NCBI GenBank assembly: GCA_010405405.1
Contig: MU004230.1
Span: 96,627-160,626, forward strand
DNA: 64,000 nt
Reading direction: 5' to 3'
Source of the DNA: Microthyrium microscopicum
Taxonomy: Eukaryota
Shown: positions 46,864-60,086 of the stretch, piece by piece
Layout: the number at the start of each line of letters is the position of its first letter
How positions within the stretch are numbered: the first letter of the stretch is position 1
The notes under the pieces: model-generated
What the model saw: the letters and a program-made list of their open reading frames with translations, nothing else
Told to the model about the DNA's origin: nothing
Database searches by the model: none
Position numbers and translations under genes: made by a program

Positions 46864-49800
46864 CTACGCAGCAGTGTCCGTAGCCTCATTCCCATCGGAA
46901 GCCGGTTTCGCCTTCTTCTCTTCCGCCTCGGCGCTCTTCTCCTTCTCCTCGTCCGTCGCGGCCTCAGGCTGTGGAATCTCTGCACTCTTTTGCTCCACTG
47001 GCGTCTCTGGGTTTGCGCCCTCAACATCTGGGTGAGGAGGTGCAACGCCAGGCGCACCATCAACGGGGCCTTCGTAGATCTCTTTGCCGTTCGCGTCTAA
47101 GATACGTGTACGTGTCTCGTAGCGAGTCTGAAAGGAGACTTTGCCCTTGAGCTCTTCGACCTGCTCAGGTGGCAGGATGTTACCAGCCGCATCGCGGTAT
47201 TCGACACGCTCTTCTTTGCCTATCACTTTGCCACCCTGTGGGACATCTTTTGGTGGGGCTTGCGGTTCAGGAGCGCCGGGCATGCGGCCGCCTTGAGGCT
47301 GTTCGTAGACTGGAGGAAGTTCCGCAGGTGCTTCAGCTTGAGGGGTGACTTGTTCCGAAGGCTTTGCGGCGGCAAGATCAGGGGCGCCAGAAGAGGGAAT
47401 GACGGAGTCAACGGAAGATGGCAGGTTGGCATAGTCGGTGTAGGAGGAAAGGAAGTTGTTGCAGTCCCAGTCCCAGGTACCGAAAACCTTGACGCGGCTG
47501 CATTCGTTCTTGGTCCATTGGTTGCCGTAGATAAGGGGTGAGTAGAGGGTGAAAGCTAGAATTGACAGAGCGAGGTAGAGAGCGGCGAAACTGCGGCCGA
47601 TGAAAGGGCGCTTGGGGAGGCCTAGAAGTTCGAAGCGGGTGAAGATGAAATCGTAGACTTGGCATGCTGACATGACTGCGAAGTAGAGAGCTGGGAAGTA
47701 ATGACTGTTGAAAGTTAGAATATGTTGACCGAGAAGTAATGTAATGACTTACTGAAGGAAAAGCTGTCGTGCCATAAGGTAGAATGGGAAGTAGTGGAAA
47801 GCCCAGCCAAGAACGGTTGAACCAACTTCATAATCAAATCGCTTGAAGTTCACGTAGCTATAGTCGGTAAAGCCTCGTTGCCATCGAAGAACAGCAAGGC
47901 CCTTGAAAGCGACATAGATAGCAATAGCAACTGTGGAGGACCACCAAATGATGGGGTTGCCAATGAGGTAAATCTGACGATGGTCTTTGCCCCAGAAGTT
48001 GATTCCACGTTGCATGATTGGCCAAGATGGTGGACGAGAATCCCAGGCGTGTGATTCTACGAGTCCAGCATTGGTGAACCACATGACTTTTTGTAGTTCC
48101 CAGAACTTGGAGAAGAAACCTGGCTTCTTATAGTTGACCTTTTCGGCATCTGGCCCAAGTTGAGGGTGTTCGTTTTGCTCAACATACCATATGGAGTTTG
48201 GCAGAGTTGCTCCACTGGCACAGGTGACTTCCTGTTGTTCAAACCCCCAATCTGGTAGCTTGACTTTATGAGAAAAGAGTACACAACCAGTCATGACATG
48301 GACAAGTTTGAACTTCGTCTCAATAGTGCGGAGATAGTCCTTGGCGCGAGTTCCGTCAGACAGCGACTTCACTATTTCAATTCGGAAAAAGTCGTTCGCA
48401 TCTCCTTCGAACCCCTCGTAGCCATAAGCGGACACTTCTTTTTGCCAGTCAGCCTCGGTAACTGGAGGGCGGTGATCGTGAGAATGAAGACGGCGATGGG
48501 TGGTGAGATGATAAAGACGAACGACATCGCCATTCTTAATAAATGTTGGGTCCAAGGCATCCCAGGCTTTTGGGATCTCAGCTCCGGTTGGCTTAGGATC
48601 AATTTCTGGGAAAGTTTGATTTTCCAAGATCCAGACATTGTTCTCGTCCTTGTGCGGGTAAAGTGTGATTTGTTGTTGCTTGCTGCCAGTAGGATACATG
48701 TGATTGTGAGAATGTAAATAGCCACCTTGAGTGTTGTGATGGCGGAATGAAACTCTACTTCCCATGATAACATCTGCTGGAACATCTTGCATACCCTTGG
48801 AGTTGAGCGTTGATTGGAATTCACTGGACATGAAACCATCGCCTTCGCCTGGGTTGACCAGGCAGAGAAAGTGAATGGCAAACATTCCCATATAAAAGAC
48901 AACCGGAATTCCAATCAAGCAGATAGCACGAGCGACGAAATGCTGGCTCCAAAGACGGGGAGTCGTTGTTTTCGTATCTCCAAGGAGAACCCAAAGTTGA
49001 ACAAGTGTCAAGCTTCCGACCCAAGCAATGGTGAAAAGACCAACCCATTTAACACTAACAGTAGCTCCAAGACAGACTCCTGTTGCAGCTAGCCAGAACC
49101 ACCATGTAGGTAAAAATGCAGCTGAAGGTCCCAGTTCATGTTGATTTGTAAAGCACACCCAAGAAAGAGCAGTCATGGCTGTAAAGATTACCAAGGGCGA
49201 GTCTAGAAGGATCAAACGAGATTGCGTAACAAGGCCGTTCTCTAAGAGTGTGTTAGATCGTGAAATTCCACATAAGTATCTGCCAACTTACCAAATATGA
49301 TCAATGCGGCTCCAAGTGCTGCAGTTGCAGTTCTGCACCCGTATGCTTTCAAGGTCAGGAACATGGTTGGAATAGTCAAGATACCGCAGATAGCTGGCAA
49401 CAAGCGCATAGCAACATATGGAACACCTGGCTCAAGATAATCCTTGCCAATGTCCTTGAAATCGAAATCACCATTAAAGCCAGCAAGCCAACCAGCAAGT
49501 GTTATGAGGAGTTTCGCGAGCGGAGGATGTACGTCCATGAAAAATCGACCTTTGATATACTTCGATGCGAAACCACCAAAACTAGTTGGCGCATTAGCTA
49601 GGCTCCTTGTAGGCTGAAAAGCATACATACTGGACTTCGTCGAACACCACGCTTGATGGTTGATATATTCTGAAAAGTCTCACAAAACAGGCGACCATTG
49701 TAAGAAGACCGAGCAATTGCCAATCCGACGATGGCAAGTCGAAAATATCATTATTCTTCACACCTTCCGACTGGTAGCCCACAATCCTCCGCGAAGACAC

Positions 49801-49893
49801 GCCATTTGTAGTGCCATTGGCAGGGTTTGAATGGGCCGTAGTTTCGACTACTCGAGGGCCTGACGGAGGTTGCAATGGCGATTTGGTGGCCAT
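46864..49893 (-). CDS. PMT1: Dolichyl-phosphate-mannose:protein O-mannosyltransferase, Pmt1 subfamily
   Basis: 'SVVFDEV(H)FGGFASKY', 'FFMDVHPPLAK', MIR domains 'YLHSH', 'RRLHSHD', 'HYFPF..M.RQLFLHHYFPA', and the C-terminal 'EYRD..GN.L..EQV..L.GKVSF.TRYETRTR' extension of filamentous-fungal Pmt1; three introns. Confidence 0.9.
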
Positions 49894-50966
49894 GGTTGTA
49901 AGTGCAGAGTTGGCACGACCAAGTATGGTATGGGAGGACAGCGATCAATGGGCTGAGTTCATGGGCGCATGGAGATTTTGAGTATGCGATGAAATGATTT
50001 AACCGGTTGGAAAAGGCTCCGGAGAAACGAATGAAGTGGTATGGAGAAAAAAAGAGCAAGAAGAGACAGGCGAGGAAAAGTTGTAGAAAAAGGGGAGTGT
50101 TGGTCGGGAACTTGACACGATGCACTTGTACGTTGAGGCTCTCCTCGCTGCGGCAAGGGATCGAGGGGGTCAATTGCAACAACAGCAATTCGGGGTAAAG
50201 AACAGGGATTTTTTGGATAGTATTGAAGAGCAGTTGTTCTCCCGAGCAGAGGTTCGATGGATAATCAGGGTCAAAATGTTTCGCAACGACTGGTTCAGCC
50301 TCATCAAAAGGTTTCGTTGTTCTGGACCACATGCAACATGGATTTGATGGATGATGCACAGACTGCCAAGCCTAGATGTGCTTGGTGTTTCTTCCTTACG
50401 CGTCAAATCCTCCCTGTACCTTTTTTAGCGTAGCGCAAACAAGTTTCCACCCCACTCTCTCCCGGCGGAGTTGATGGACTTGAGTCTGATGGTGGATCTC
50501 CGCTCTCGCGCTTATCGGCTACACTAGCCATCTACGTCGAGTCTGCCAGATCTGTATCAATCTTAACTTCACCTCGTTCCGCTGGGCATCATGAGTCCAT
50601 GACCTTCACAATTAGCGAGCTTTGTAGGTTAAGCGTTTTAGGTGACTCGAGCTTCGGCTCAAAACTATGTACAGGTGGACATGGAAGCTGCACCATTCAA
50701 GGTAGGTCGTCAGAAGCTGCTGGATTCTTTGCAACTTCACCATAGCCTGCCTATAGGCTGCGCCTCTTCAGCTTCACTTTTGAAGGCCAAGGAAAACTTG
50801 CTTCGACATAAAACAGTTTTGACCGGACCTCCAAGTATTTCCTGTTCTGCAAACTCCACACTCCACCAACCTCGTCTGTACACCCACCATTAACAACAAC
50901 CGAACACGTTCCACAGACTGCCAGTTGAGATTTCCCGACATCAGTCCGTTGATCAAGCCGCCAGAT

Positions 50967-52331
50967 ATGGATATCCTTTCGCTCCAGTCGCCGTCACATA
51001 GCCAACTCATCACTCCCTATGACCCCCACATACCTTTCCACGCTTTCATAAAAGGAGAAATCCCCTGGTCTAATCCGCGTCCTCTGTCAACTTTCAATCC
51101 CTATACTCGGCTTCCACCCGAGCTACAGCTATCAATTCTTGAAGCATGCGACTATGGGACTCTCTTCAACCTAATGCACTCAAGCTCTGGCATACGTGCT
51201 GATGCTGCTCGGATATTCTGGTCTCAAAAGTCCGTGTGGTATTACTTGAAAGATTCCTCTGCAATTAGCATGGTGCTGTACGGAGAAAAGGCTATGCGTC
51301 CAACATCTTATTGTTCTGCCTTTGCAAGCCAAGTACAACAGGTTGAACTTGTTATGGAAAAAACGGAGCTTTCTCCTTGGCTCAGTATACGTAGCGATCG
51401 ACCCACCGAGCAAGCGAGACGAGAACATCGCATCACGGAACCAGTCATTATCCAGGAAAATGCTACCTTGTTTGTGCGCGAGTTTCTGCGGCTCTATTCA
51501 AGCCTCAAACGCGTTGTTATCACCAACAACAATCTACGATTCGCGAAAGACCTTGATACACCAGCCAACCTTCAGTCGGTTCTGACATTAGCGCAAGCAT
51601 TTCCTTCACACATTCAAGTGTGCATGTCAAAAGTCGTACAGAAACCAGGCCAGGTTGGACTGAAATTTCCCTATACGCGGGATCTGTATCGGTTGATGGC
51701 CTCCCAGTGGACACTTTCAACGACTCCCTGGTTTAGAGACCGTCTCCTTCCGCCTCGTCGCAAGTTCAATGGTCTAGTCGGCCAATTGCTTCGCTTCGAG
51801 ACTTCTGAGTTGGAAGATGTGACCAACCGACTTACTGCCTTGCGTATCAATCGTCTCGAGGTAATTGAAAAGTATCACTTTGGCGAAACCCCATTTATAC
51901 CTTTCCAATGCCCACATCCGAGTTGCGACCTTGAAATCAAAGGCCCTGGACAATGGACACGGCACTTGAATGATCGTAGTGCGCCAGATCAAAGCACGCA
52001 TGATGGCTGGAATTCAACAGCGCGATGTATCGACTTCACACTCCCTTCTTCACTACCAACAGGAATTGAGCTTATTTTCGCTCGAGCAACCGACAAAGCA
52101 CTAGAAGCTCAGCGAAAGAGTATCGAAGACTGGAAACAACTTCGTGAGAGTGTAGGTAAACCAGGTTCTGAAAAGCGGCGCATTTATCTCGACCAGTTTC
52201 GGTATCAGCTTGAGCATGATATTTCTCTGCCTCAACAAAACTGTGCGGTACATGTCGTTCCTACAGAGCACTCCATCTGGAGCCGACTTCAAGGTTATCT
52301 GCTAATCTGGGATGCCCAGCAACGTGGATAG
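50967..52331 (+). CDS. Hypothetical protein with F-box-like motif and C2H2-like segment
   Basis: Long intronless ORF (first ATG 50967); 'PYTRLPPELQLSIL' and 'FQCPHPSCDLE...W..H.......H'. Confidence 0.6.
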   Translation: MDILSLQSPSHSQLITPYDPHIPFHAFIKGEIPWSNPRPLSTFNPYTRLPPELQLSILEACDYGTLFNLMHSSSGIRADAARIFWSQKSVWYYLKDSSAISMVLYGEKAMRPTSYCSAFASQVQQVELVMEKTELSPWLSIRSDRPTEQARREHRITEPVIIQENATLFVREFLRLYSSLKRVVITNNNLRFAKDLDTPANLQSVLTLAQAFPSHIQVCMSKVVQKPGQVGLKFPYTRDLYRLMASQWTLSTTPWFRDRLLPPRRKFNGLVGQLLRFETSELEDVTNRLTALRINRLEVIEKYHFGETPFIPFQCPHPSCDLEIKGPGQWTRHLNDRSAPDQSTHDGWNSTARCIDFTLPSSLPTGIELIFARATDKALEAQRKSIEDWKQLRESVGKPGSEKRRIYLDQFRYQLEHDISLPQQNCAVHVVPTEHSIWSRLQGYLLIWDAQQRG

Positions 52332-53773
52332 AAGTCCCAGGTAGTAGGTAGACTTGGTAATAACAGAGCTTTCTGTGACTCTGTAGCCGCAAAAACGATT
52401 GACTATGCCATGAGCTGCTCCATACGTGTGACCGGTACTTCTTTCATTCCTTACGCCTCAATTCACCCATACCATTTTTAGTTGTTCATAGTAAGCGTTA
52501 TTATTTAGTGGGATATAAACTGTAGGACAACCCGCTGCTTAATGTAGACACCTCAGCTTGGCTGGTCATGATTGCACTACCTAGTTATAAACAAAAAGGA
52601 ACCCCGACAATGAGCGACAGACTATACACCAGGCTCACCTATAGTTATTTCAGCCTGCTGAATCTGGATTCCAAAATCGGGACATCGCTCTTGGGGATGC
52701 ACAACCGCGTCCGCACCCTCCTCGAGGGGATAGGCGATGGGAGAATTCAAAAGTGTTATAGTAGTACTAGATAGGCTCGTAAGACCAGAATGGCTTTCTA
52801 GCTTCATGGCGAATGCGGGAGCATGTATACATAAGACGGAAAAGCGTCTTAAAGTCGCAGAGACTGATGATTTCGAGCTGTAATTCTGTGGGTAGCCGAG
52901 ATTATAGATCGAAGCTCGATAATTGAGATGGATGCGGTTTCGAGGGCAGTGAAAGTTGCGAGTTTCCGCTGATGAAGGCATGGAAAGGAATATGAGGACC
53001 CCAACGCTCACTGCATGTGCTGTAAGGTGGTGCTCGGAGCAATAGAGACTCCATCTCTGCGTCTTGACGAACAGTCAGCTCTAGCCGATATTTATGGGTT
53101 TACCTAACGAAAGTAGCACTTGATAGTGATTGTATTCTACGAACCTACGATATGCAGCTGCAAGAGGGGACGATTTGCGGAACGGGTGCTTAACCTATCA
53201 GACTATCGCACAACTACTTGTGAAACAGGCAACAGTACGACGGTGCCTGCTTTTATTTCAAGCTAAGATTTGATAATAGACTCACCTCTAAACCTGAAGC
53301 TTTGTTAAGAAGAATCTTTGGGAAGAGCCATTCATCTTACTGAATGAGAGTTTTGGCCGCGTGCTGATGGTGATAAAGTCATAAATCAAGTACCAAGCAG
53401 GTCCAATCGAGTTGATCACAAAAGAGGCCCAAGTTATTATTCGAGTACTCTGATTTTGCACTATTCAATATCATTCTTAAGACAGCTTATGATTCGTGCC
53501 TGCAAGTTACTAGGACGAAGGGTTCGCAATAATTTAGGGAATAGATTTGTAGGATCAAACCAGGCTCGGCATTGGTGAAATAATATACTGATCATATAGA
53601 GTAACATTCTCAGCTACCGCACAGGCATTTCTTTACCATTTCAAGCAATTGGTAGCAAGTTACAAGTCGAAAGCAATTCTTAATGAATGACATTTAGCTC
53701 CTTTCTCCTTTCCAGAAACCCTTGTTGTGCACTGGTTGTCCTCGACTCCTCTATGAGAAACTACTCCTCCAAC

Positions 53774-54580
53774 ATGATTTTTATTGCCAAACACACACTG
53801 AACATGATCAGCTTCCTTTTTTTAATTCCAGTGGCTACCGCTGTGTCGCCATCAGATATATCCATGCTCATTCCTAGTTTTGTAGGACCAAAGAAATTCG
53901 CTACGACAGACGGCTGGGCCTGTTACACACCAAACTATGCAGATCTACTCAATATGCCAAAGCCAACCGGAGAGCTCAGTAAAGCTCTCTTATCCTATGG
54001 TGACGAGCTACTCAAGACATGCACACTCGCCGGTGACGAAAAGGTCAGTATTTCTTCCTGTAAGCCTGTGGTGCACGCTCGGTGGAAAATCACTACTGGC
54101 CAAAGATCGACCTTTGGTCTTCTATGATGAGTTAACACTAACAAGACTCAGCGCTTTTGTCCCTTTCCCGACAGCACACTCTGGTGTGCCTTTCCGACGG
54201 CCGCTCCAACTGCTGTACTGCCAGCGTACACTTCTTACGGTAGCAGTGCCTCGTCATTTTGGTCAGAAAAGAGCTCCTCTATGCTCTCTCTTGCAAGCAA
54301 TTGCCCAGAGCGATGGTATGATGCGATCTATGTGAATATTTCTGCGCCTTGGATCAACAACACCATTGCTCAGGCCGAATGTTACGCCAAAGCGCATACT
54401 ACATCTGGAATCTCCAATACTGTGTTTGCGACGGCGAGCGCAACAGTTCGTGCAGCAGCAAGCGGCAACACTCCCGCCGTAACGAGTATGCCTAACGGTG
54501 TTCTCGATCGAGGCCAGAACATTGATTGGTGGATAGTAGGGGGTAGCGCGTTGGCAGCAGCAGTAAATGGGGCAGGGTAG
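53774..54580 (+). CDS. Small secreted Cys-containing, probably GPI-anchored protein of unknown function
   Basis: Signal-like 'MISFLFLIPVATA'; intron about 54044-54151 joins to 'RFCPFPDSTLWCAF...YTSYGSSASSFW...NCPERW...C'; Ser/Thr/Ala tail and hydrophobic end. Confidence 0.7.
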
Positions 54581-54649
54581 AAGCTCAGATATATATAGGT
54601 GCCCGAAGAACCTTAGATGGTTTCAGTCCATAGGTTGAGACGAGCTTCG

Positions 54650-55689
54650 CTACTTAGTCTGGACACAAACATAGAAGTCCTTCATCAGATTTGTCCAACT
54701 TGAGTTGATATCTGTGTTCATGAATCGCAAACCTCACTCATTCAGGTTGTACTGGCCCTGGATCTTCAAGCAGGTATCCCCGTCCCTGACAAGATGGTAA
54801 CGGATACAGATCTTTGGATTAGCAGTACCCGGGAGTCGAGGTGTCCACGGATCATTCGCAGTCGCTGCAGGTATGTCTGGGATTCCGGCAGAGGAGGTGG
54901 GTATGGCGCCCAAGGATGACGGCCCTCCAACACATAAGCGATCGTCAGCGTATATCATGCAGTCTTTTGCAAGCCATCTAGACAGTATATCAGTGTATGG
55001 CTAGAAATTCAACGAATTACGAACAGGTTCCAGGATATCAGATCAGACACACTGATCTTGCTAGGCCGGGCCCTCTTGTTGGCAACAGCCCAGCAGCTGT
55101 CACCTTCAACCACTGTATAGAATTCCTTGCCTTTCAAAGTTAGAAGTACCTCCAGGACATAATTTCTGAAGCTTACACGCAGGATGATATGATTTCGAAT
55201 TGCTTGTCGGCTCAACTGAAGTAGCGGCTGGACTCACTGCTGGAGAAGCTATTGGCGTGCTGTACGGACTTTTGGTAGCTATTGGCGCGGTGAGAGAACT
55301 CACCTGAGGTTGTTTTGGTCCTTTGGGACCATCCATACAAACCGATTTACCTGCCAGTGAAACGCCACTGCAGTCAATGGAAGGATTCTGTGTAATTCGT
55401 TAGCTTAAATAGCTTCATGACCTGCTGTGATTACGGTGAAGCAACTTGCCCAGGCTAAGAAATCGTCATGACTGATGCTCCAATTGTTTTCTAAAGATGA
55501 ACAAGTGTCCGCTATAGATTCTGGTGTCAACAACAGCTTGAACACAGGCTCTTTCTTGGGGCGCTTCATCTTACCACCGTTACTAGCAATAGCGAATGTT
55601 ACGAGGCAGTTGCCAAAGTTGGAGTGGTGCAGATTCGCTGCTGCAAGACCTGCCAAAAAGCTGACCGGAAATAACAATTTGGAAAGAAT
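54650..55689 (-). pseudogene. Three-LysM secreted effector gene, apparently disabled (no ATG, in-frame TGA)
   Basis: Signal-like (I)LSKLLFPVSFLAGLAAA starts at ATT 55689; LysM1 'DTCSSLENNWSISHDDFLAWNPSIDC...VC', LysM2 'FYTVVEGDSCWAVA...SDLISWN...C...LCV', LysM3 'YHLVRDGDTCLKIQGQYNLNE*GLRFMNTDINSSWTNL..DFYVCV'; four introns, one GC-AG. Confidence 0.75.
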
Positions 55690-56307
55690 ATTGTGCAATG
55701 CTGGGAAAGAGTCCACAGAATTTGGAAGATAAGAGATCTACTGAAGCCAGCTATGAAATATTTGTCTGCGAACTTCTTCTTCAAGATGATATAGAGCTTG
55801 ACTTAGACATTCGTGAATAATGTTCCATTTGCATGGAGTCTACAGGTACCACGATACCAGGTCTTTAAGTTTCACTACAACAGGATTCGTACCTAATGAG
55901 AATGGTGTTAGGTTAGGCTCTAGACTACGGGTAGGAGCTGTGTATAACCAGGATATATGTTTCTGATTTGTACTGCTCAGGGGTAGTGGAGTCTGCCACT
56001 CGATGTTTGACTCTTTAAAGGCTATGTTTTTCATACTGATAATGGAAGGACCTCGGAAAAATATGTTGCAAACGGGGAGAACGCAACGAAAGCTTAGAGC
56101 GGTTCTACCAACTTTGCGATATCAAGTAGGTAAAGTCCTTTAGGTACTTGGTTGTATTGAACCTTTAATACGGAGTAGAGATCACGATCTGAAGAGCCCG
56201 GTAGACACGCGTTTGATGTGTAAAGTGGTCGACAAATGTGTTCGAGCCTCCTCAAAGGTTGAGTAATGCTATCTACCTAGGTTGTTATGATTTACTACCT
56301 GTTAGGC

Positions 56308-57166
56308 CTACTGTTGTTCCGAAGCTTCGTGTTCTTCCACAGCTGCCTGCACAGCCTCGAGACATTCTTGTTTGTTGTACTGTTCCAAGTTCGGCCAGCC
56401 GTGATTGTGGTAGATATCTTGTACCATGACAATCAACCCAGGTGAGTTTTCAGAATAGACGTCAGTTACTTCTTCAGGACTCAGAGGCACGAAATTCAAC
56501 TTCTTAAACTCATTTTTAAGGATCTCGAAGAAGTCGGCAATCGCCCAGGCACGGCATTCTGCTCGCCATTCGGCCTCATTCTCAGGTGCATAGTCGTACG
56601 GATCATCAGAAACTTCCTCGCGTAGAGGCTGAACAGTATGATCCCAGGGACAGTCATACCAGTAAATTATGCCTAGTTGTGTGTCCAACAAAAAGATTGG
56701 ATTATCCCGGCCACCACTTGTAAGACCGCTTGGAATTTGTCAGAATAGGCTACCCAGTGTAATGAACAACTTCATTAGGAGGCAAATGTACGGAGTGAAC
56801 TCACACAACAGAGTTGGGAATGTGGTCGGTATAGCCAAATATTTCGGAGCACAAGATCAGCTCTAGTGCATTGGACTTTCCCTGTAGAAGTGATTTGGTA
56901 TCAGACTCCCAATCTGCGAATTCGGTATATGCCGCGCCGTGACCCTTCCACCTGCCGATGTATGGTAGACGGCGAAGCAAAGAGATGACCTTTTCCGTTT
57001 TGCCTAACCCGCGTAGGCTCTCGGTAGTGATAGATGGCCATCCACCTTCCGGAGGATGAATTATAGCTGAATTTTCAAGATACATTTTAGTGAGAAATTG
57101 ATAATAATCTTGAACCGCGGTAATCGTTGCAGCTTCCGAGTATACAATCTCGCTAAGGGAAGGCAT
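56308..57166 (-). CDS. Conserved fungal hypothetical protein
   Basis: ATG 57166; 'YS..ATITAVQDYYQFL..MYL....I..PPEGGWPSIT...LGKTE.VI.LLR.LPY' and 'FFE.LK..F..L.FVP...IY..HGWP....Y.K..CL' pattern; one intron around 56805-56745. Confidence 0.7.
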
Positions 57167-57689
57167 CTGAATCGCTGGGATGGAAAGAAAACTATGACTG
57201 AGTAAGATAGAGTAGGTAGGTAAGAAAGAGAGGAACAATCAGCTCAAATTTGATAAATAAAGCAGTCGATACGAGAGCGTGTTGTGTGGGAGCCATTGAA
57301 GTGGGTGAGGGCACGCCAATTATTTTATCTATCATCAGTTGGTTGGCAGGCAGTGCCAATAAACTTCCTATATTGGGCTCAAGATTGTTCAGAGACTATT
57401 TTGAATGATATTACCTACTAAGCATTATAGATTCCAACAACACTATTGGTTGCCAAAAAAATGATTGAAACCTTCTCACCTGGTGCTGAGCCTGTTGGAG
57501 AGGGCTTCAATCAAGATTTGATCCTTTAGTAATGCCAAACATTTTCATATCAGAGCTTGACATTATTGATGAAGTCCCTGTATATTCCATCCTGCTACGA
57601 CAGTGTTATCACAACCACCAATCTAAATTCACGCCTGTTGTTCGAATCATATTTCCAGCCCAGCTTTACGTGCACCCGCCCTAACGTTT

Positions 57690-60086
57690 CTACGACATTG
57701 TCGTCGCTCCCTTCTTCCTCGGTACCTCCTGCGACCGCAGCCGATAATTCGCATACTCAATCGATCTTCTCAATCGTCCAGGCCTTTGCCCATCCATCAC
57801 ATTTCCCTGCTTTTCCATACACGCCGTACACACAATCGGCACATGACCCACCGGCATTAAACTCTCCCCACCACCTTCCATCTCACGTATCCTCAACTTC
57901 GCATCCAGACTCGCACTCGGCAGCGGCAACTTCCCATGGCAGCAGTCCGGGAAGAGCGGGCCAAGTGCTGGGTCGCGTGTGATGGACATGATTGTGCTGA
58001 ACGAGTTATCGTGGCTAGCCTCATTGGTGAGAAAGGCGAGTAAACCGAGAAGTATGGCGAACAGGCTGAGGAGCAGAGCGAGACCGTAAGCGATCCAGAG
58101 ATTGCGGGCGCTGTAGGTGTAGCGGTTGACAGGATTAGTATGTTTTACTGTTGTGTTCACGATTGGGCTGGGATACCTTAGCTTATGGTTGATGAGAGAA
58201 AGTTATAAGTGGAGAGAAAGTTATAAGTGGAAGGAGGGAATTGTGGTAGTACTTACGCGAGAAGTGGATCATTAATCATGGAGATGGTGATATTGAACAT
58301 CAGCTCTTCGGCAAGACGTGGCATGGTTCGACTATGGGCTAGATTCTTGTCTAATAGGCGTTGGCCATCCACTGGAATATTGAAGGATTGATGGTGTACC
58401 GATGCGTTTTGGTTGAAGAAGTAGTCAAGATCGTTACTACCAATAACGCTATTGTGTTCGATGTTGCTGTTGATAGCATTATAGTTAGGAAGTCCAGTTT
58501 TGTTGTAGACTACGAAGCCTAACGATCCAACTAATTGATCTGCAAGAACCCAAAAGACCGCAGAGTACGAAAGCTGTTGCACATCCGTGACTCTGTAAGG
58601 ATCTGACTTTGGATAGTGTACTGTATTGAGTAGCTGGATGTCATTTTTCGTGATAGCCTGTGTGCCGTTTTGAAACTCAAATGATAGATCGTAGGTTGCG
58701 TTCCAGAGACTACAAACGGAGTATCTTGGCTCCGCAGCCATGGGGTTTCCGGTCAAATCTAGTGCATAGTTGCCATTCGAATCTCGGGGATACCTGTAGT
58801 ACTTCATCCACAGTTCGTTTGTCGCATTAACAGGCCCTTTTTGAAGTCGAGGTAGATCACGGGCAGTATAGGTCTTGTCGCCCACAGTAACATTGTAGAA
58901 ATCTGTAGCGTTGGTATCGAAAGAAGGAACATAGGCGTAGTAGGCCATCGCTTCGTCCAAGCCGGTCTGCTCCAACGTCTTGTTCACTTGACTCAACACA
59001 CCCTCGGTTACTTCTTGGACAGTAGCATTTCCATCAATACAATTCACATACGGACCAATGAAGGTGAGGTTGTAAGTTGAGAAGCTGAACGGGGAGTTGA
59101 TTGGTAGAATTTGTCCAAAGGAAGCAGTCGCCGATGCAATTCGGCTGACAATTGAACGAGGGCTTTCGAAGTTGAAACTGTCCACAACTGCATCCGGAAC
59201 ACTATTCTTCATGGGGGTGTAATAGGCGTATTTATGGGCCTGGATTGGATTGGTGATGGCCAACGAAGCAACCGTTGCTTTCATGGACTGGTCGTCCGTA
59301 CTTGAAACTACTGTCAATGTCGCCGGCGTGACCAAAGGGGGAATCTGAAGACACCTGCCAGATATTAGATGCAATATCATCAAGTTTGACTTTCTTACCA
59401 GCCTATGAGGGCGAGAACAGCTCCGGTTTTGATTTTGAACACCAGCTCCGGATTGAAAAGTCCCATGATTGACATCTCAACGCTAAAAGCAGCATCCAGT
59501 CCTCGGAGAGAGATGTACTTTCGTTTCATCGTCCGCCAAAGGCATTGCTTATACGCACACCATACTGAACCTGCAAGGAGCATTTTGATCACAAGTGCAA
59601 ATATCGACCCTATACTAAAAGTCACAAGAGGTCAGCATAATCGAAGTCAGGCGAAAACAACGGAGTTGGATACCGAATATTCCACTGCTGTTCGCCCGCG
59701 CTTTGTACCACCATGTTTTCGATCTGTCTGTAGAACAGATGATGGCCAACACATAAAAGCATGCCTGATACCCAAAAGGACAACATTATCGTGGGTGACC
59801 GTACTGAGATGTCGTGAGGACTGACATCGGACAGTGTTTGATGCCCAAATTTCTCAGCAGCTCCATCTTTTGCGATGGATATATCTCCCTTTGGATTCTC
59901 AAGACCACCAGGTGGAGGAAGGGCTCCATTGCCCGATTTCAGTACCTTTTCGGCGGGCTTTTTGCATTGACTATCTGCGGTCGATGCTGGAGGGGAAGGA
60001 CTGGCTTTGGCCATATCGATGAAACTGGGATTCGTAGAAGGCCCATGAGTAAACTCTTCTGCAATAGGAAGAACGAAATTGGCCAT
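57690..60086 (-). CDS. Multi-pass membrane glycoprotein of unknown function
   Basis: TM segments 'ML.FW..G.LLCVGHHLFY', 'YKQCLWRTMK', 'PLVTPATL', N-glycosylation-rich luminal domain, 'EELMFNITIS', 'YTY..RNLWIAYG', 'NSFSTIM..TR'; three introns. Confidence 0.72.

Noticed and set aside
58194..58229. 18-bp tandem duplication GAGAGAAAGTTATAAGTG (similar small duplications at 1172-1202 and about 4454-4473)
   Set aside because: Two-copy slippage duplications in intron or intergenic DNA; no array or spacer structure.
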